From NCBI GenBank assembly GCA_044223005.1, contig JBGAML010000022.1, forward strand, positions 3,934 to 67,933: a DNA stretch of 64,000 nucleotides, read 5' to 3'. Source of the stretch: Candidatus Eiseniibacteriota bacterium. Lineage in GTDB: Bacteria > Eisenbacteria > RBG-16-71-46. The notes below the pieces were generated by a model that saw only the letters and a program-made list of their open reading frames with translations, was not told where the DNA came from and made no database searches. A program made the translations under genes and the position numbers. Shown one piece after another: positions 18,186 to 26,819 of this stretch; position 1 is the first letter of the stretch, and each line of letters begins with the position of its first letter.

Positions 18186-20030
18186 ATGGCACCGGAATCC
18201 CGAGCCGCCGTCGCGCCCGCGCGCCGCCCGCGGCTCACGCTGGTCGAGCAGGAGCTGGCGAACAGCCTGGACTGGCTGGTCTCGCTGCGCTGGCTCGTGG
18301 GCGGTGTCGTGGTACTCGCGGCGCCGCTTGCGACGAGCGCGTTCCGCATGCCGATCCCGGCCGAGGCGCTGACGCTGACCGGCGGCGGCATCCTCGCCTA
18401 CAACTTCGTGCTCTGGTCCGTGCAGCGTGCGATGCGCCGGCACGGCGTCGACGACCCGCGCTGGCACCAGGCCATCGCGCGGATCCAGATCCTGCTCGAC
18501 TGGATCGCGATGGCGGTGCTGATCTCGCTCTCGGGAGGCGCCGAGAGCCCGGCGATCGTCTTCTTCCTGATCCACATCACGATCGCGTCGCTGCTCCTGC
18601 CCCACCACCTTGGCTTCCTCTACGTGAGCCTCGCGCCACTGCTGGTCGCGGGCGTGGCGCTGCTCGAGTACTTCGAGGTGCTGCCGCACGTGGCCGTGGT
18701 CCTGCCGCCCCGCTACCACGAGCCGCTCTTCGTGGGCTTCGCGGTCGGCTTCTTCACGCTCGCCTGCTACATGATGGCCTATGCCTGCATGGCGATCGCG
18801 CGCCGGCTGCGGCGGCGCGAGACCGAGCTCGGCGGCCTCTACGAGAGCGTGCAGGAGATCACCAGCACGCTCGAGCTCGACGCCGTGCTCGACACGATCG
18901 TCGAGGCTGCGGCGCACGTGCTCGGGTGCCGTGCGGCCGCGATCCGGCTGATCGACCTCGCGCGGGCCCAGGTCGAGTTCGCCGCCACCCACGGCCTCTC
19001 CGAGCGCTACCTCGAGGACGTGCCCGAGGACTTCGCGCGCTCGCGGCTGGACCAGGAGACGCTCCGCGCCGGCGTCGTGCACGTGGACGACGTCGAGCGC
19101 GACGACCGCGTCTGGAAGCCCGAGCGCGTGCGCGACGAGGGCATCGCGTCCATGCTCAGCGTCACGATCCACGGCCGCACCGGCCCACTCGGCGTCCTGC
19201 GCGCGTACGGCGCGCCGGGACACCGGTTCACGCACGAGGACGTCACCTACCTGCAGGCCGTGGCGGCGCACGGCGCCGTGGCGATCGAGCATGCGAAGGC
19301 CTACCGGCTGCTCGCCGAACTCGACCGCGACAAGTCGCGCTTCCTGCGCACCACGACGCACGAGCTGCGTTCGCCCGTGCGCGTGACCGAGAGCCTGCTC
19401 GCCACGCTGGCCGACGGCTACGCCGGCCCGCTGCAGGGAGAACAGGGAGAGCTCGTGCGCCGCGCGCAGCGCCGGCTGGCCGCGCTGCACATGTTGATCG
19501 ACGACCTGCTGGCGCTGGCCGCGGGCAAGGCCGACATGGGCGCGCTGCAGCCGCGCCGCTGCGACGTGCGCGGCATCGTCGCCGAGGTCGTGGAGCAGTT
19601 CCGCGCCGTCGCGACCGAGAAACACCTCACGCTCGCACTGTCGTCACCGGGGGAACCGCTCGAAGTCTGGTGCGACCCGGGCGATCTCGAGCGCATCGTG
19701 GCCAACCTCGTGAGCAACGCGGTCAAGTACACGCGCGAGGGCGGCGTCACCGTGACGCTCGCGGGCGAGGACGCGCACGTGCGCCTCACGATCGCCGACA
19801 CCGGCATCGGCATCCCCACGACCGCGCAGCCGCACCTCTTCCAGGAGTTCTACCGCGCGGGCAACGCGCGCCAGGTCGAGGAGTCGGGCACGGGGCTCGG
19901 GTTGTCGATCGTGCGCGCGCTCGTCGAGCGCTACGGCGGCCGCGTCACGTTCGCGAGCGAGGAACATCGCGGCACCACGTTCTCCGTGGAGATGGTTCGC
20001 GCGAGCGGCTTTGGATCGCGGTCCGAGTGA
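18186..20030 (+). CDS. Membrane-bound GAF-domain sensor histidine kinase
   Basis: ATG 18186; about six N-terminal TM helices, GAF (LDAVLDTIV...FTHEDVTYL), HELRSP, NLVSNAVKY, GTGLGL. Confidence 0.9.
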   Translation: MAPESRAAVAPARRPRLTLVEQELANSLDWLVSLRWLVGGVVVLAAPLATSAFRMPIPAEALTLTGGGILAYNFVLWSVQRAMRRHGVDDPRWHQAIARIQILLDWIAMAVLISLSGGAESPAIVFFLIHITIASLLLPHHLGFLYVSLAPLLVAGVALLEYFEVLPHVAVVLPPRYHEPLFVGFAVGFFTLACYMMAYACMAIARRLRRRETELGGLYESVQEITSTLELDAVLDTIVEAAAHVLGCRAAAIRLIDLARAQVEFAATHGLSERYLEDVPEDFARSRLDQETLRAGVVHVDDVERDDRVWKPERVRDEGIASMLSVTIHGRTGPLGVLRAYGAPGHRFTHEDVTYLQAVAAHGAVAIEHAKAYRLLAELDRDKSRFLRTTTHELRSPVRVTESLLATLADGYAGPLQGEQGELVRRAQRRLAALHMLIDDLLALAAGKADMGALQPRRCDVRGIVAEVVEQFRAVATEKHLTLALSSPGEPLEVWCDPGDLERIVANLVSNAVKYTREGGVTVTLAGEDAHVRLTIADTGIGIPTTAQPHLFQEFYRAGNARQVEESGTGLGLSIVRALVERYGGRVTFASEEHRGTTFSVEMVRASGFGSRSE

Positions 20031-20360
20031 CGTTTTGCATGCTGGCGGCGCGGCGCGCGGATGCGACGCCCGCCCGTGGTGCCTACAATCGCATCGTGGT
20101 TTCACACTGTTGGGTTGCATCCTCACGCATCCATTCGCCGGTCGCAGCGCGGGCCGGCAGGAGCAGATCGATCGTTTCCTGAACTTCCCGTCGCGCGTCC
20201 CGCGTGACCGACCCTTCCCACCTTCCGTACCCGTTCGCCCGGCCGTGGTGCCGCACTCCACGGGCCTGCGGCCGCGAGATGAGCACGGTTCCGAGATCGG
20301 CCGTCGCGCCCCACGCGCGCGGGACGTCGTCTCCAGGCAACACTCCCAGGGAGCACGTCC

Positions 20361-20732
20361 ATGGCTCGCATTCTCGTCGTCGACGACGACCCCGATATCA
20401 CCTACGCCGTCTCGCTCTTCCTCCGCAAGGAAGGCTACGAGGTCCAGACGGCGGCCAGCCGCGCCGACGGCATGAAGGCGATCACGGCCTTCAAGCCCGA
20501 CCTCATGATCCTCGACGTCATGATGGAGCAGCCCGACGACGGCATCGCCATGGCGCAGGAACTGCGCCGCAACGGCGTCAAGCTGCCGATCGTCATGCTC
20601 ACGAGCGTCGGCAAGGTCACCGGAATGAGCTTCGACCGGGACAGCGAACTGGTCCCCGTCGACGCCTTCTTCGAGAAACCCGTCAAGCCCGAGGAGCTGC
20701 TCCGCTCGCTCGGCGAGCTGCTTCGCCGCTAG
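20361..20732 (+). CDS. Single-domain response regulator
   Basis: 123 aa; ILVVDDD, ILDVMM, MLTS, EKP; no output domain. Confidence 0.93.
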   Translation: MARILVVDDDPDITYAVSLFLRKEGYEVQTAASRADGMKAITAFKPDLMILDVMMEQPDDGIAMAQELRRNGVKLPIVMLTSVGKVTGMSFDRDSELVPVDAFFEKPVKPEELLRSLGELLRR

Positions 20733-20741
20733 GAGGCGCCC

Positions 20742-21254
20742 ATGCTCGTGAGCCAGCAGCAGCAGGTGCAGGACGAGATCCGCGCACTCGTGGCGAAGCA
20801 CGGCCGCGCGCGCGCGTCGCTGATGCCCATCCTGCAGGACGTGCAGGCCCGCCACGCCGTCGTGTCGGACTTCGCCATGCAGGTGATCGCCGACGAACTC
20901 GGCATCCACCCCGCCGAGGTCTACGGCGTGGTGTCCTTCTACGCGTTCCTCGACCACGAACCCCGGGGACGATTCCAGATCCGCCTCTGCCAGACGCTGT
21001 CGTGCGACCTCGACGGCAAGGCGCGCATCGCGCGCCAGCTCGAGAACGAGCTCGGCATCGCGTTCGGCGAGACGACTCCCGACGGCCGCTTCAGCCTCGA
21101 GTGGGCGAGCTGCCTCGGCATGTGCGACCAGGGCCCGGCCCTGCTCGTGAACGACCGCGTCTACACCCGGGTCACGCCCGACCGGGTCCACGAGATCCTC
21201 GAAGACTGCCGCAAGGTGTTCGGCGCCCACGCCGCACAGCCGGCGCACGCCTGA
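20742..21254 (+). CDS. hydC: NuoE-like [2Fe-2S] subunit of [FeFe]-hydrogenase (HydC)
   Basis: VYGVVSFY, CQTLSC, CLGMCDQGP; AGGAGG RBS. Confidence 0.88.
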   Translation: MLVSQQQQVQDEIRALVAKHGRARASLMPILQDVQARHAVVSDFAMQVIADELGIHPAEVYGVVSFYAFLDHEPRGRFQIRLCQTLSCDLDGKARIARQLENELGIAFGETTPDGRFSLEWASCLGMCDQGPALLVNDRVYTRVTPDRVHEILEDCRKVFGAHAAQPAHA

Positions 21255-21267
21255 GCGGAGGAACGAC

Positions 21268-22485
21268 ATGCATCCCACCGACAGTCGCAGGACGCCGTTG
21301 ACGTTCGACACCATCGCGCCGGGGGCGGGTCTCGCCGCGGCGCTGAAGAAGAGCCGCGCAGACCTGATCGCCGAAGTGGCCGCCTCGAACCTGCGCGGCC
21401 GCGGAGGTGCGGGCTTCCCCACCGGCACCAAGTGGAACCTCGCGGCCGCCGCACGCGTGCAGGCCGGCCAGCACAAGTACGTCGTGTGCAACGCCGACGA
21501 AGGCGAGCCCGGCACGTTCAAGGACCGCGTGCTGCTGCTGGAATACGCGGACCTCGTGTTCGAAGGCATGACGATCGCCGCCCGGGCGATCGGCGCCGTG
21601 AAAGGCATCCTCTACTTGCGCGGCGAGTACCGCTACATGCGGGCGCATCTGGACGGCGTGCTGGCACGGCGCCGCGAGGCGCACCAGCTCGGTCGCGACA
21701 TCCTCGGCACCGCGGGCTTCGAGTTCGACATCGAGATCCGCATGGGCGCCGGGGCCTACGTCTGCGGCGAGGAGACCGCGCTCATCGAGTCGCTCGAAGG
21801 CCACCGCGGTGAGCCTCGCAACCGGCCGCCGTTCCCGGTGGACACCGGCTACCTCGGGCAACCGACGGTCGTGAACAACGTCGAGACGCTCGCATCGGTC
21901 ACCGCGATCCTCGCCAAGGGTGCGGCGTGGTTCAAGGCGATCGGGTCCGAGCGCTCCGCCGGCTTCAAGCTGTTCAGCATCTCGGGCGACTGCAGCAAGC
22001 CGGGCGTCTACGAGTTCCCGCTCGGCCTCACCGTGCGCGAGCTGCTCGAAGCCGTCGGCGGCACGAACGCCAAGGCCGTGCAGGTCGGAGGCGCGTCGGG
22101 CACGTGCGTGCCGGCGTCGGAGTTCGACCGCCGCATCGCGTTCGAGGACGTCGCGACCGGCGGCTCGGTCATCGTGCTCGGGCCCGGGCGCGACATGCTT
22201 CACGTCGCGAAGAACTTCATGGAGTTCTTCGTCGAGGAGTCGTGCGGCCAGTGCACGCCGTGCCGCGTGGGCAACGCCAAGCTGCTCGAGGGGATCGAGA
22301 TGCTCGAGCGCGGCGAGTGCTCCAACGCCTACCTCAAGGAGCTGCTCGCGCTGTGCGAGACGATGCAGCTCGCGTCCAAGTGCGGCCTGGGGCAGTCGAG
22401 CCCCAACGCGTTCGTGTCGATCGTGAAGCATTTCCGGGACGAGATCCTCGGCCGGACGGCCGAGCCGGTGGGAGGTGCGCGATGA
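21268..22485 (+). CDS. hydB: NuoF-like FMN/NADH-binding subunit (short HydB)
   Basis: LRGRGGAGFPTG, NADEGEPGTFKDR, GAYVCGEETAL, GGASG, ESCGQCTPCRVG, CGLG; 405 aa with no C-terminal ferredoxin domain. Confidence 0.9.
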   Translation: MHPTDSRRTPLTFDTIAPGAGLAAALKKSRADLIAEVAASNLRGRGGAGFPTGTKWNLAAAARVQAGQHKYVVCNADEGEPGTFKDRVLLLEYADLVFEGMTIAARAIGAVKGILYLRGEYRYMRAHLDGVLARRREAHQLGRDILGTAGFEFDIEIRMGAGAYVCGEETALIESLEGHRGEPRNRPPFPVDTGYLGQPTVVNNVETLASVTAILAKGAAWFKAIGSERSAGFKLFSISGDCSKPGVYEFPLGLTVRELLEAVGGTNAKAVQVGGASGTCVPASEFDRRIAFEDVATGGSVIVLGPGRDMLHVAKNFMEFFVEESCGQCTPCRVGNAKLLEGIEMLERGECSNAYLKELLALCETMQLASKCGLGQSSPNAFVSIVKHFRDEILGRTAEPVGGAR

Positions 22486-24413
22486 GTTCCGAGATCAGGA
22501 CGGGCGCGGAAGCCCAGCGCGCTCCCAGCAGCCAGATGGTGAAGAAGGTCCCGGTCACGGGCGACGTGTCGCAGATGATCGGCGGGCAGATCACCGTCAC
22601 GATCGACGGCAACGAGGTGAAGGTGCCCATGGGCACCACGATCCTCGAGGCCGCGAAGCACGTCGGCGTGCGGATCCCGACGCTGTGCCATCACCCCGAC
22701 CTCTGCGTCGCCGGCGTCTGCCGAGTCTGCGTGGTCGAGGTCGAGGGCCAGCGCGCGCTGCAGGCCGCCTGCGCATATCCGGTGACGGGTTCGGTCAAGG
22801 TGCGCACGCACACTCGCAAGGTGCGCCAGGCGCGGCGCCACATCCTCGACCTGCTCCTCTCCACGCACTACGGCGAGTGCTACAGCTGCAAGCGGAACAA
22901 CAACTGCGAGCTCCAGTCGCTGGCCAAGGAGTACGGCGTCGACTTCTACCGGTTCGGGCACGTGACCACGTCGCAGGTCCAGAAGGACGAGTCGAGCTAC
23001 TCCGTGATCCGCGACATGGACAAGTGCATCCTCTGCCGTCGCTGCGTCCGCACGTGCATCGACGTGCAGGAGGTCGGCGTGCTCGAAGCCGTCGGCCGCG
23101 GCGACAAGACCCGCATCTCGACCTACCTCGACAAGGCGCTCGGCGACGTCGTCTGCATCAACTGCGGGCAGTGCATCAACCGCTGCCCCACCGGCGCGCT
23201 GCACGCCAACGACACGTCGGACGAGGTGTGGCAGGCGATCGACGATCCGACGAAGCACGTCGTGATCCAGACCGCCCCGAGTCCGCGCGCCGCGATCGGT
23301 GAGTGCTTCGGCTGCGAGCCCGGGACGCCGATGACGTACCAGCTCAACACCGCGCTCAAGCTCGCCGGGTTCGACAAGGTGTTCGACACCAACTTCTCGG
23401 CCGACCTCACGATCCTCGAGGAAGGGACCGAGCTGCTGCTCCGGCTGCAGAAGGCGCTGGTGAAGGGCGAGAAGACGGCCTTCCCGCAGTTCACGAGCTG
23501 TTCGCCGGGCTGGGTGAAGTTCCTCGAGCACTTCTACCCCGAGTACATCCCGAACCTGTCGTCCGCCAAGAGCCCGCAGCAGATGTTCGGCGCGGTGATC
23601 AAGACCTACTACGCGCAGCGCAACGGAATCGACCCGAAGGACATCGTCACGGTCGCCCTGATGCCGTGCTCGGCCAAGAAGTTCGAGTGCAACCGGCCCG
23701 AGATGGCGGACAGCGGCTTCAAGGACGTGGACTACGGCCTCACGACCCGCGAGCTGGCGCAGATGATCCACGAGGCCGGCATCCACCTGCCCGACATGCC
23801 GCGGAGCGATTTCGACGATCCGTTCGGCACGGCCACGGGCTCGGGCGTGATCTTCGGCGCGACGGGCGGCGTGATGGAGGCCGCGCTGCGCACGGTGATC
23901 GAGCTGGTGACCGGGCTCAAGGTCGAGAAGCTCTTCGAGCACGCGAACATCGTTCCCGTCCGCGGGTTCGACGGCGTGCGCTACGTGGAGCTGCCCGTCC
24001 CGCAGGTCGCCGAGGTGCCCGCGATGCTGAAGAGCCTGATCCCCAGCTTCGAGTTCCTGAAGGGCCAGACGCTCAAGGTCGCCGTCGCGCACGGCACCGC
24101 GAACGCGCGGCGGGTGCTCGAGGACATCCAGGCCGGCGGGAAGTTCTCCGAGTGCCACTTCATCGAGTTCATGGGCTGCCCCGGCGGCTGTCTCGGCGGT
24201 GGCGGCCAGCCCATCCCGACATCGCCCGAGATCCGCGCGGCGCGGGCGCGGGCGATCTACGCGGAGGACGCGGACTGCGTCGTGCGCAAGTCGCACGAGA
24301 ACCCGGCGGTGCTGAAGCTCTACCAGGAGTTCTTCACCGACGGTCCGTGCGGGCATCGCAGCCACGAACTCCTGCACACGCACTACACCCCGCGCGGCAA
24401 GCACATCGGCTGA
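22482..24413 (+). CDS. hydA: [FeFe]-hydrogenase catalytic subunit (group A, trimeric complex)
   Basis: ATGA overlap with the hydB stop; [2Fe-2S] motif, HxxxCxxCxxxxxC, two [4Fe-4S] motifs; H-cluster FTSCSPGW, MPCSAKKFE, EFMGCPGGCLGGGGQP; C-terminal RKSHENP...LLHTHY. Confidence 0.95.
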   Translation: MSSEIRTGAEAQRAPSSQMVKKVPVTGDVSQMIGGQITVTIDGNEVKVPMGTTILEAAKHVGVRIPTLCHHPDLCVAGVCRVCVVEVEGQRALQAACAYPVTGSVKVRTHTRKVRQARRHILDLLLSTHYGECYSCKRNNNCELQSLAKEYGVDFYRFGHVTTSQVQKDESSYSVIRDMDKCILCRRCVRTCIDVQEVGVLEAVGRGDKTRISTYLDKALGDVVCINCGQCINRCPTGALHANDTSDEVWQAIDDPTKHVVIQTAPSPRAAIGECFGCEPGTPMTYQLNTALKLAGFDKVFDTNFSADLTILEEGTELLLRLQKALVKGEKTAFPQFTSCSPGWVKFLEHFYPEYIPNLSSAKSPQQMFGAVIKTYYAQRNGIDPKDIVTVALMPCSAKKFECNRPEMADSGFKDVDYGLTTRELAQMIHEAGIHLPDMPRSDFDDPFGTATGSGVIFGATGGVMEAALRTVIELVTGLKVEKLFEHANIVPVRGFDGVRYVELPVPQVAEVPAMLKSLIPSFEFLKGQTLKVAVAHGTANARRVLEDIQAGGKFSECHFIEFMGCPGGCLGGGGQPIPTSPEIRAARARAIYAEDADCVVRKSHENPAVLKLYQEFFTDGPCGHRSHELLHTHYTPRGKHIG

Positions 24414-24430
24414 CGCGAGGCGATCCATGC

Positions 24431-24461
24431 ACGGGGCGGTCCGCGACACGGGCCGCCCCGT
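24431..24461 (+). terminator. GC-rich hairpin after hydA
   Basis: ACGGGGCGGTCC...GGGCCGCCCCGT; no U-tract. Confidence 0.45.
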
Positions 24462-24818
24462 CGCGTTGCCGCTCGCGCGAGTGCGCCCTTCGGCGTACGC
24501 ACTTCCACGGAGGCGCGCGTGCATTCCGCACAGGCACGATACGTGGGCGTGAAATCCGCCATGAAACGTTCACGCGTGCGGGACAATTCTCATCCGACCG
24601 GAGAAGCGCGCGTTGTGCGCGCAACGTGCCGCCGATACCGTCGATGTCGGAGTGGTGCGACGCCACTCGTCTGGGAGGCGCCGCGCCGTGACACCGACGG
24701 GCGCGTTGCCGCACGGCTCGAGCCCGTCATCCGGAAGCGAATCGTACGAACGGCTCGTGCCTGATCCATAGCAGTCGCCGTTCCCGTGCACGGCCCTCGC
24801 GGCCGTGGGGACCGATCG

Positions 24819-26816
24819 ATGGCCAACGTGGTGTACGGAGTGTGGGACGGGGTGGTGCACGATCATCGTGACCCCGCCTCGGAGGCGGGCCCCGAACTGG
24901 CAGGCCTGCAGGGATTCGACGAGTTCAACGCCGGCAACGGCATCCGCGCCTTCTTCGGCGATCGCGGCTTCTTCGTGTTCGATCGCCGCACCAACCTCAC
25001 CGACGCGCTCTGGCGCTACCTGGAGAAGGCGGCCGAGCAGTCGTGCGGCAAGTGCACCCCGTGCCGCGTCGGCACCGTGATCCTGCGCGACGCGCTCGGC
25101 GCGATCCGCCGCGGCGAGCGCGGCACGATGAGCCTCGCGGACATGGAAGCCATCGCCGAACAGATGACGACCACGTCGCTCTGCGGGCTCGGCCAGACCT
25201 GCGCGCGCGCCCTGCTCGCGGCGGTGCGGAACTTCCGCGACGTGCTGGAAGCCGAGGCCGAGAACGCCCCGGGGCCGATCCAGTACGGCATGACGTACAT
25301 GACGGCGCCGTGCATCGAGGCGTGTCCGTCCAAGATCAACGTCCCGCGGTACATCGACTACATCCGCGACGGCAAGCCCGCGCACTCGCTGGGCGTGATC
25401 CTGCAGAAGTACCCGATGGCCGCGACCTGCGGCCGCGTCTGCGTGCGGTTCTGCGAGATGGCCTGCCGCCGCAACCTGGTCGACGAGGCGGTCGGCATCA
25501 AGACGCTCAAGCGCTACGTGGCCGATCAGCAGAAGGGCCCCAATGCCATCGCGTTCACGCGCGACATGATCGCCGACCCGCTCGGGCCGGAGATGCGCGT
25601 CGCGGTCGTGGGCGCCGGTCCCGCGGGCATCTCGTGCGCCTACCACCTGCTGCTGCACGGCTACCACGTCGACGTGCTCGAGGCGATGGAGGTCGCGGGC
25701 GGCATGGCGGCGATCGGGATCCCGAGCTACCGCCTCCCGAAGGACGTGCTCCGCTCCGAGACCGGCATCATCACCGCGCTCGGCGGCCGCGTGCTCTACG
25801 GCCAGGCGCTCGGACGCGACTTCTCGGTCGACGACCTGTTCGCGCGCGGCTACCGAGCGATCTTCCTCGCGCTCGGGTGCCAGCAGGGTTCGCTGCTCGG
25901 CGTCGCGAACGAAGACCCCGACATGCCCGGCTACAAGGCCGGCATCGCGTTCCTGCTCGAGGTACACGACCACGTCGCCGGCCTGCAGAAGACGCCGCTC
26001 GCGGGGCGCGTGATCGTGGTGGGCGGCGGCAACGTCGCGATGGACTGCGCGCGCTCCGCCCTGCGCATGGGCGCCTCGGAGGTGCACGTCGTCTACCGCC
26101 GCACGCGCGACGACATGCCGGCCGACCACGAGGAGGTCGAAGCGGCCGAGAAGGAAGGCATCGTCTTCCACTTCCTCACCAACCCCTCGCGGATCCTCGC
26201 CGAGAACGGCCGCGTGGCCGGCGTCGAGCTGGTGGCGATGGAGCAGACCGAGCCCGACGCGCGCGGCCGGCGCAACGTGAAGCCGGTCGCGGGCAGCGAA
26301 CACGAGTTGCGCGGCGAGATCCTGATCGCCGCGATCGGGCAGCAGGTGCGCCAGGGCGCGCTGGCCGAGCCGGACGGCGTCGACTTCGATCGCTGGAACT
26401 GCCTCGCCACCGACCCGGGCTCGCTCGTCACGTCGCGGCCGGGTGTGTTCGCGGGCGGCGACTGCGCGACCGGGCCGTCCACGCTGATCCACGCGATGGC
26501 GGCCGGCCTGCACGCGGCGCGCAGCATCGACGACTGGATCCGCGAGGGACAGGTGCGGTTCTCGCCCCGCTCGCGCATGCGCAAGCTCCTCAACGAGCAC
26601 CGCATGCTCGCCGCGGACAGCGTGGAGTTCCCGGTGCGGCCGCAGTACCGCGTGCACCATCCCGAACTCGATCCGGAAGTGCGCAAGGGCATGTTCGAGG
26701 AGGTCGAGCAGACGATCGGCGTCGCCGAGGCTTACCACGAGGCCAAGCGCTGCCTTCGCTGCTACCGCGTCTACTCCGTCGTCACCGCGCAGCCCATCCC
26801 GGAAGGAGCGGCCTAG
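24819..26816 (+). CDS. GltD/NfnB-like FAD/NAD(P)H oxidoreductase with N-terminal NuoF-type [4Fe-4S] domain (hydrogenase partner subunit)
   Basis: ATG 24819; QSCGKCTPCRVG...CGLG; APCIEACP, CGRVCVRFCEMAC; GAGPAG; GGGNVAMDCAR; VYRR; FAGGD; EAKRCLRC. Confidence 0.88.
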   Translation: MANVVYGVWDGVVHDHRDPASEAGPELAGLQGFDEFNAGNGIRAFFGDRGFFVFDRRTNLTDALWRYLEKAAEQSCGKCTPCRVGTVILRDALGAIRRGERGTMSLADMEAIAEQMTTTSLCGLGQTCARALLAAVRNFRDVLEAEAENAPGPIQYGMTYMTAPCIEACPSKINVPRYIDYIRDGKPAHSLGVILQKYPMAATCGRVCVRFCEMACRRNLVDEAVGIKTLKRYVADQQKGPNAIAFTRDMIADPLGPEMRVAVVGAGPAGISCAYHLLLHGYHVDVLEAMEVAGGMAAIGIPSYRLPKDVLRSETGIITALGGRVLYGQALGRDFSVDDLFARGYRAIFLALGCQQGSLLGVANEDPDMPGYKAGIAFLLEVHDHVAGLQKTPLAGRVIVVGGGNVAMDCARSALRMGASEVHVVYRRTRDDMPADHEEVEAAEKEGIVFHFLTNPSRILAENGRVAGVELVAMEQTEPDARGRRNVKPVAGSEHELRGEILIAAIGQQVRQGALAEPDGVDFDRWNCLATDPGSLVTSRPGVFAGGDCATGPSTLIHAMAAGLHAARSIDDWIREGQVRFSPRSRMRKLLNEHRMLAADSVEFPVRPQYRVHHPELDPEVRKGMFEEVEQTIGVAEAYHEAKRCLRCYRVYSVVTAQPIPEGAA

Positions 26817-26819
26817 GCC

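Noticed and set aside
20742-24413. Respiratory complex I nuoEFG or formate dehydrogenase
   Set aside because: The large subunit has H-cluster motifs and no molybdopterin domain; no membrane nuo genes nearby.
24819-26816. Glutamate synthase small subunit (gltD)
   Set aside because: No gltB nearby; the extra NuoF-type cluster and coupling to hydA indicate a hydrogenase partner.
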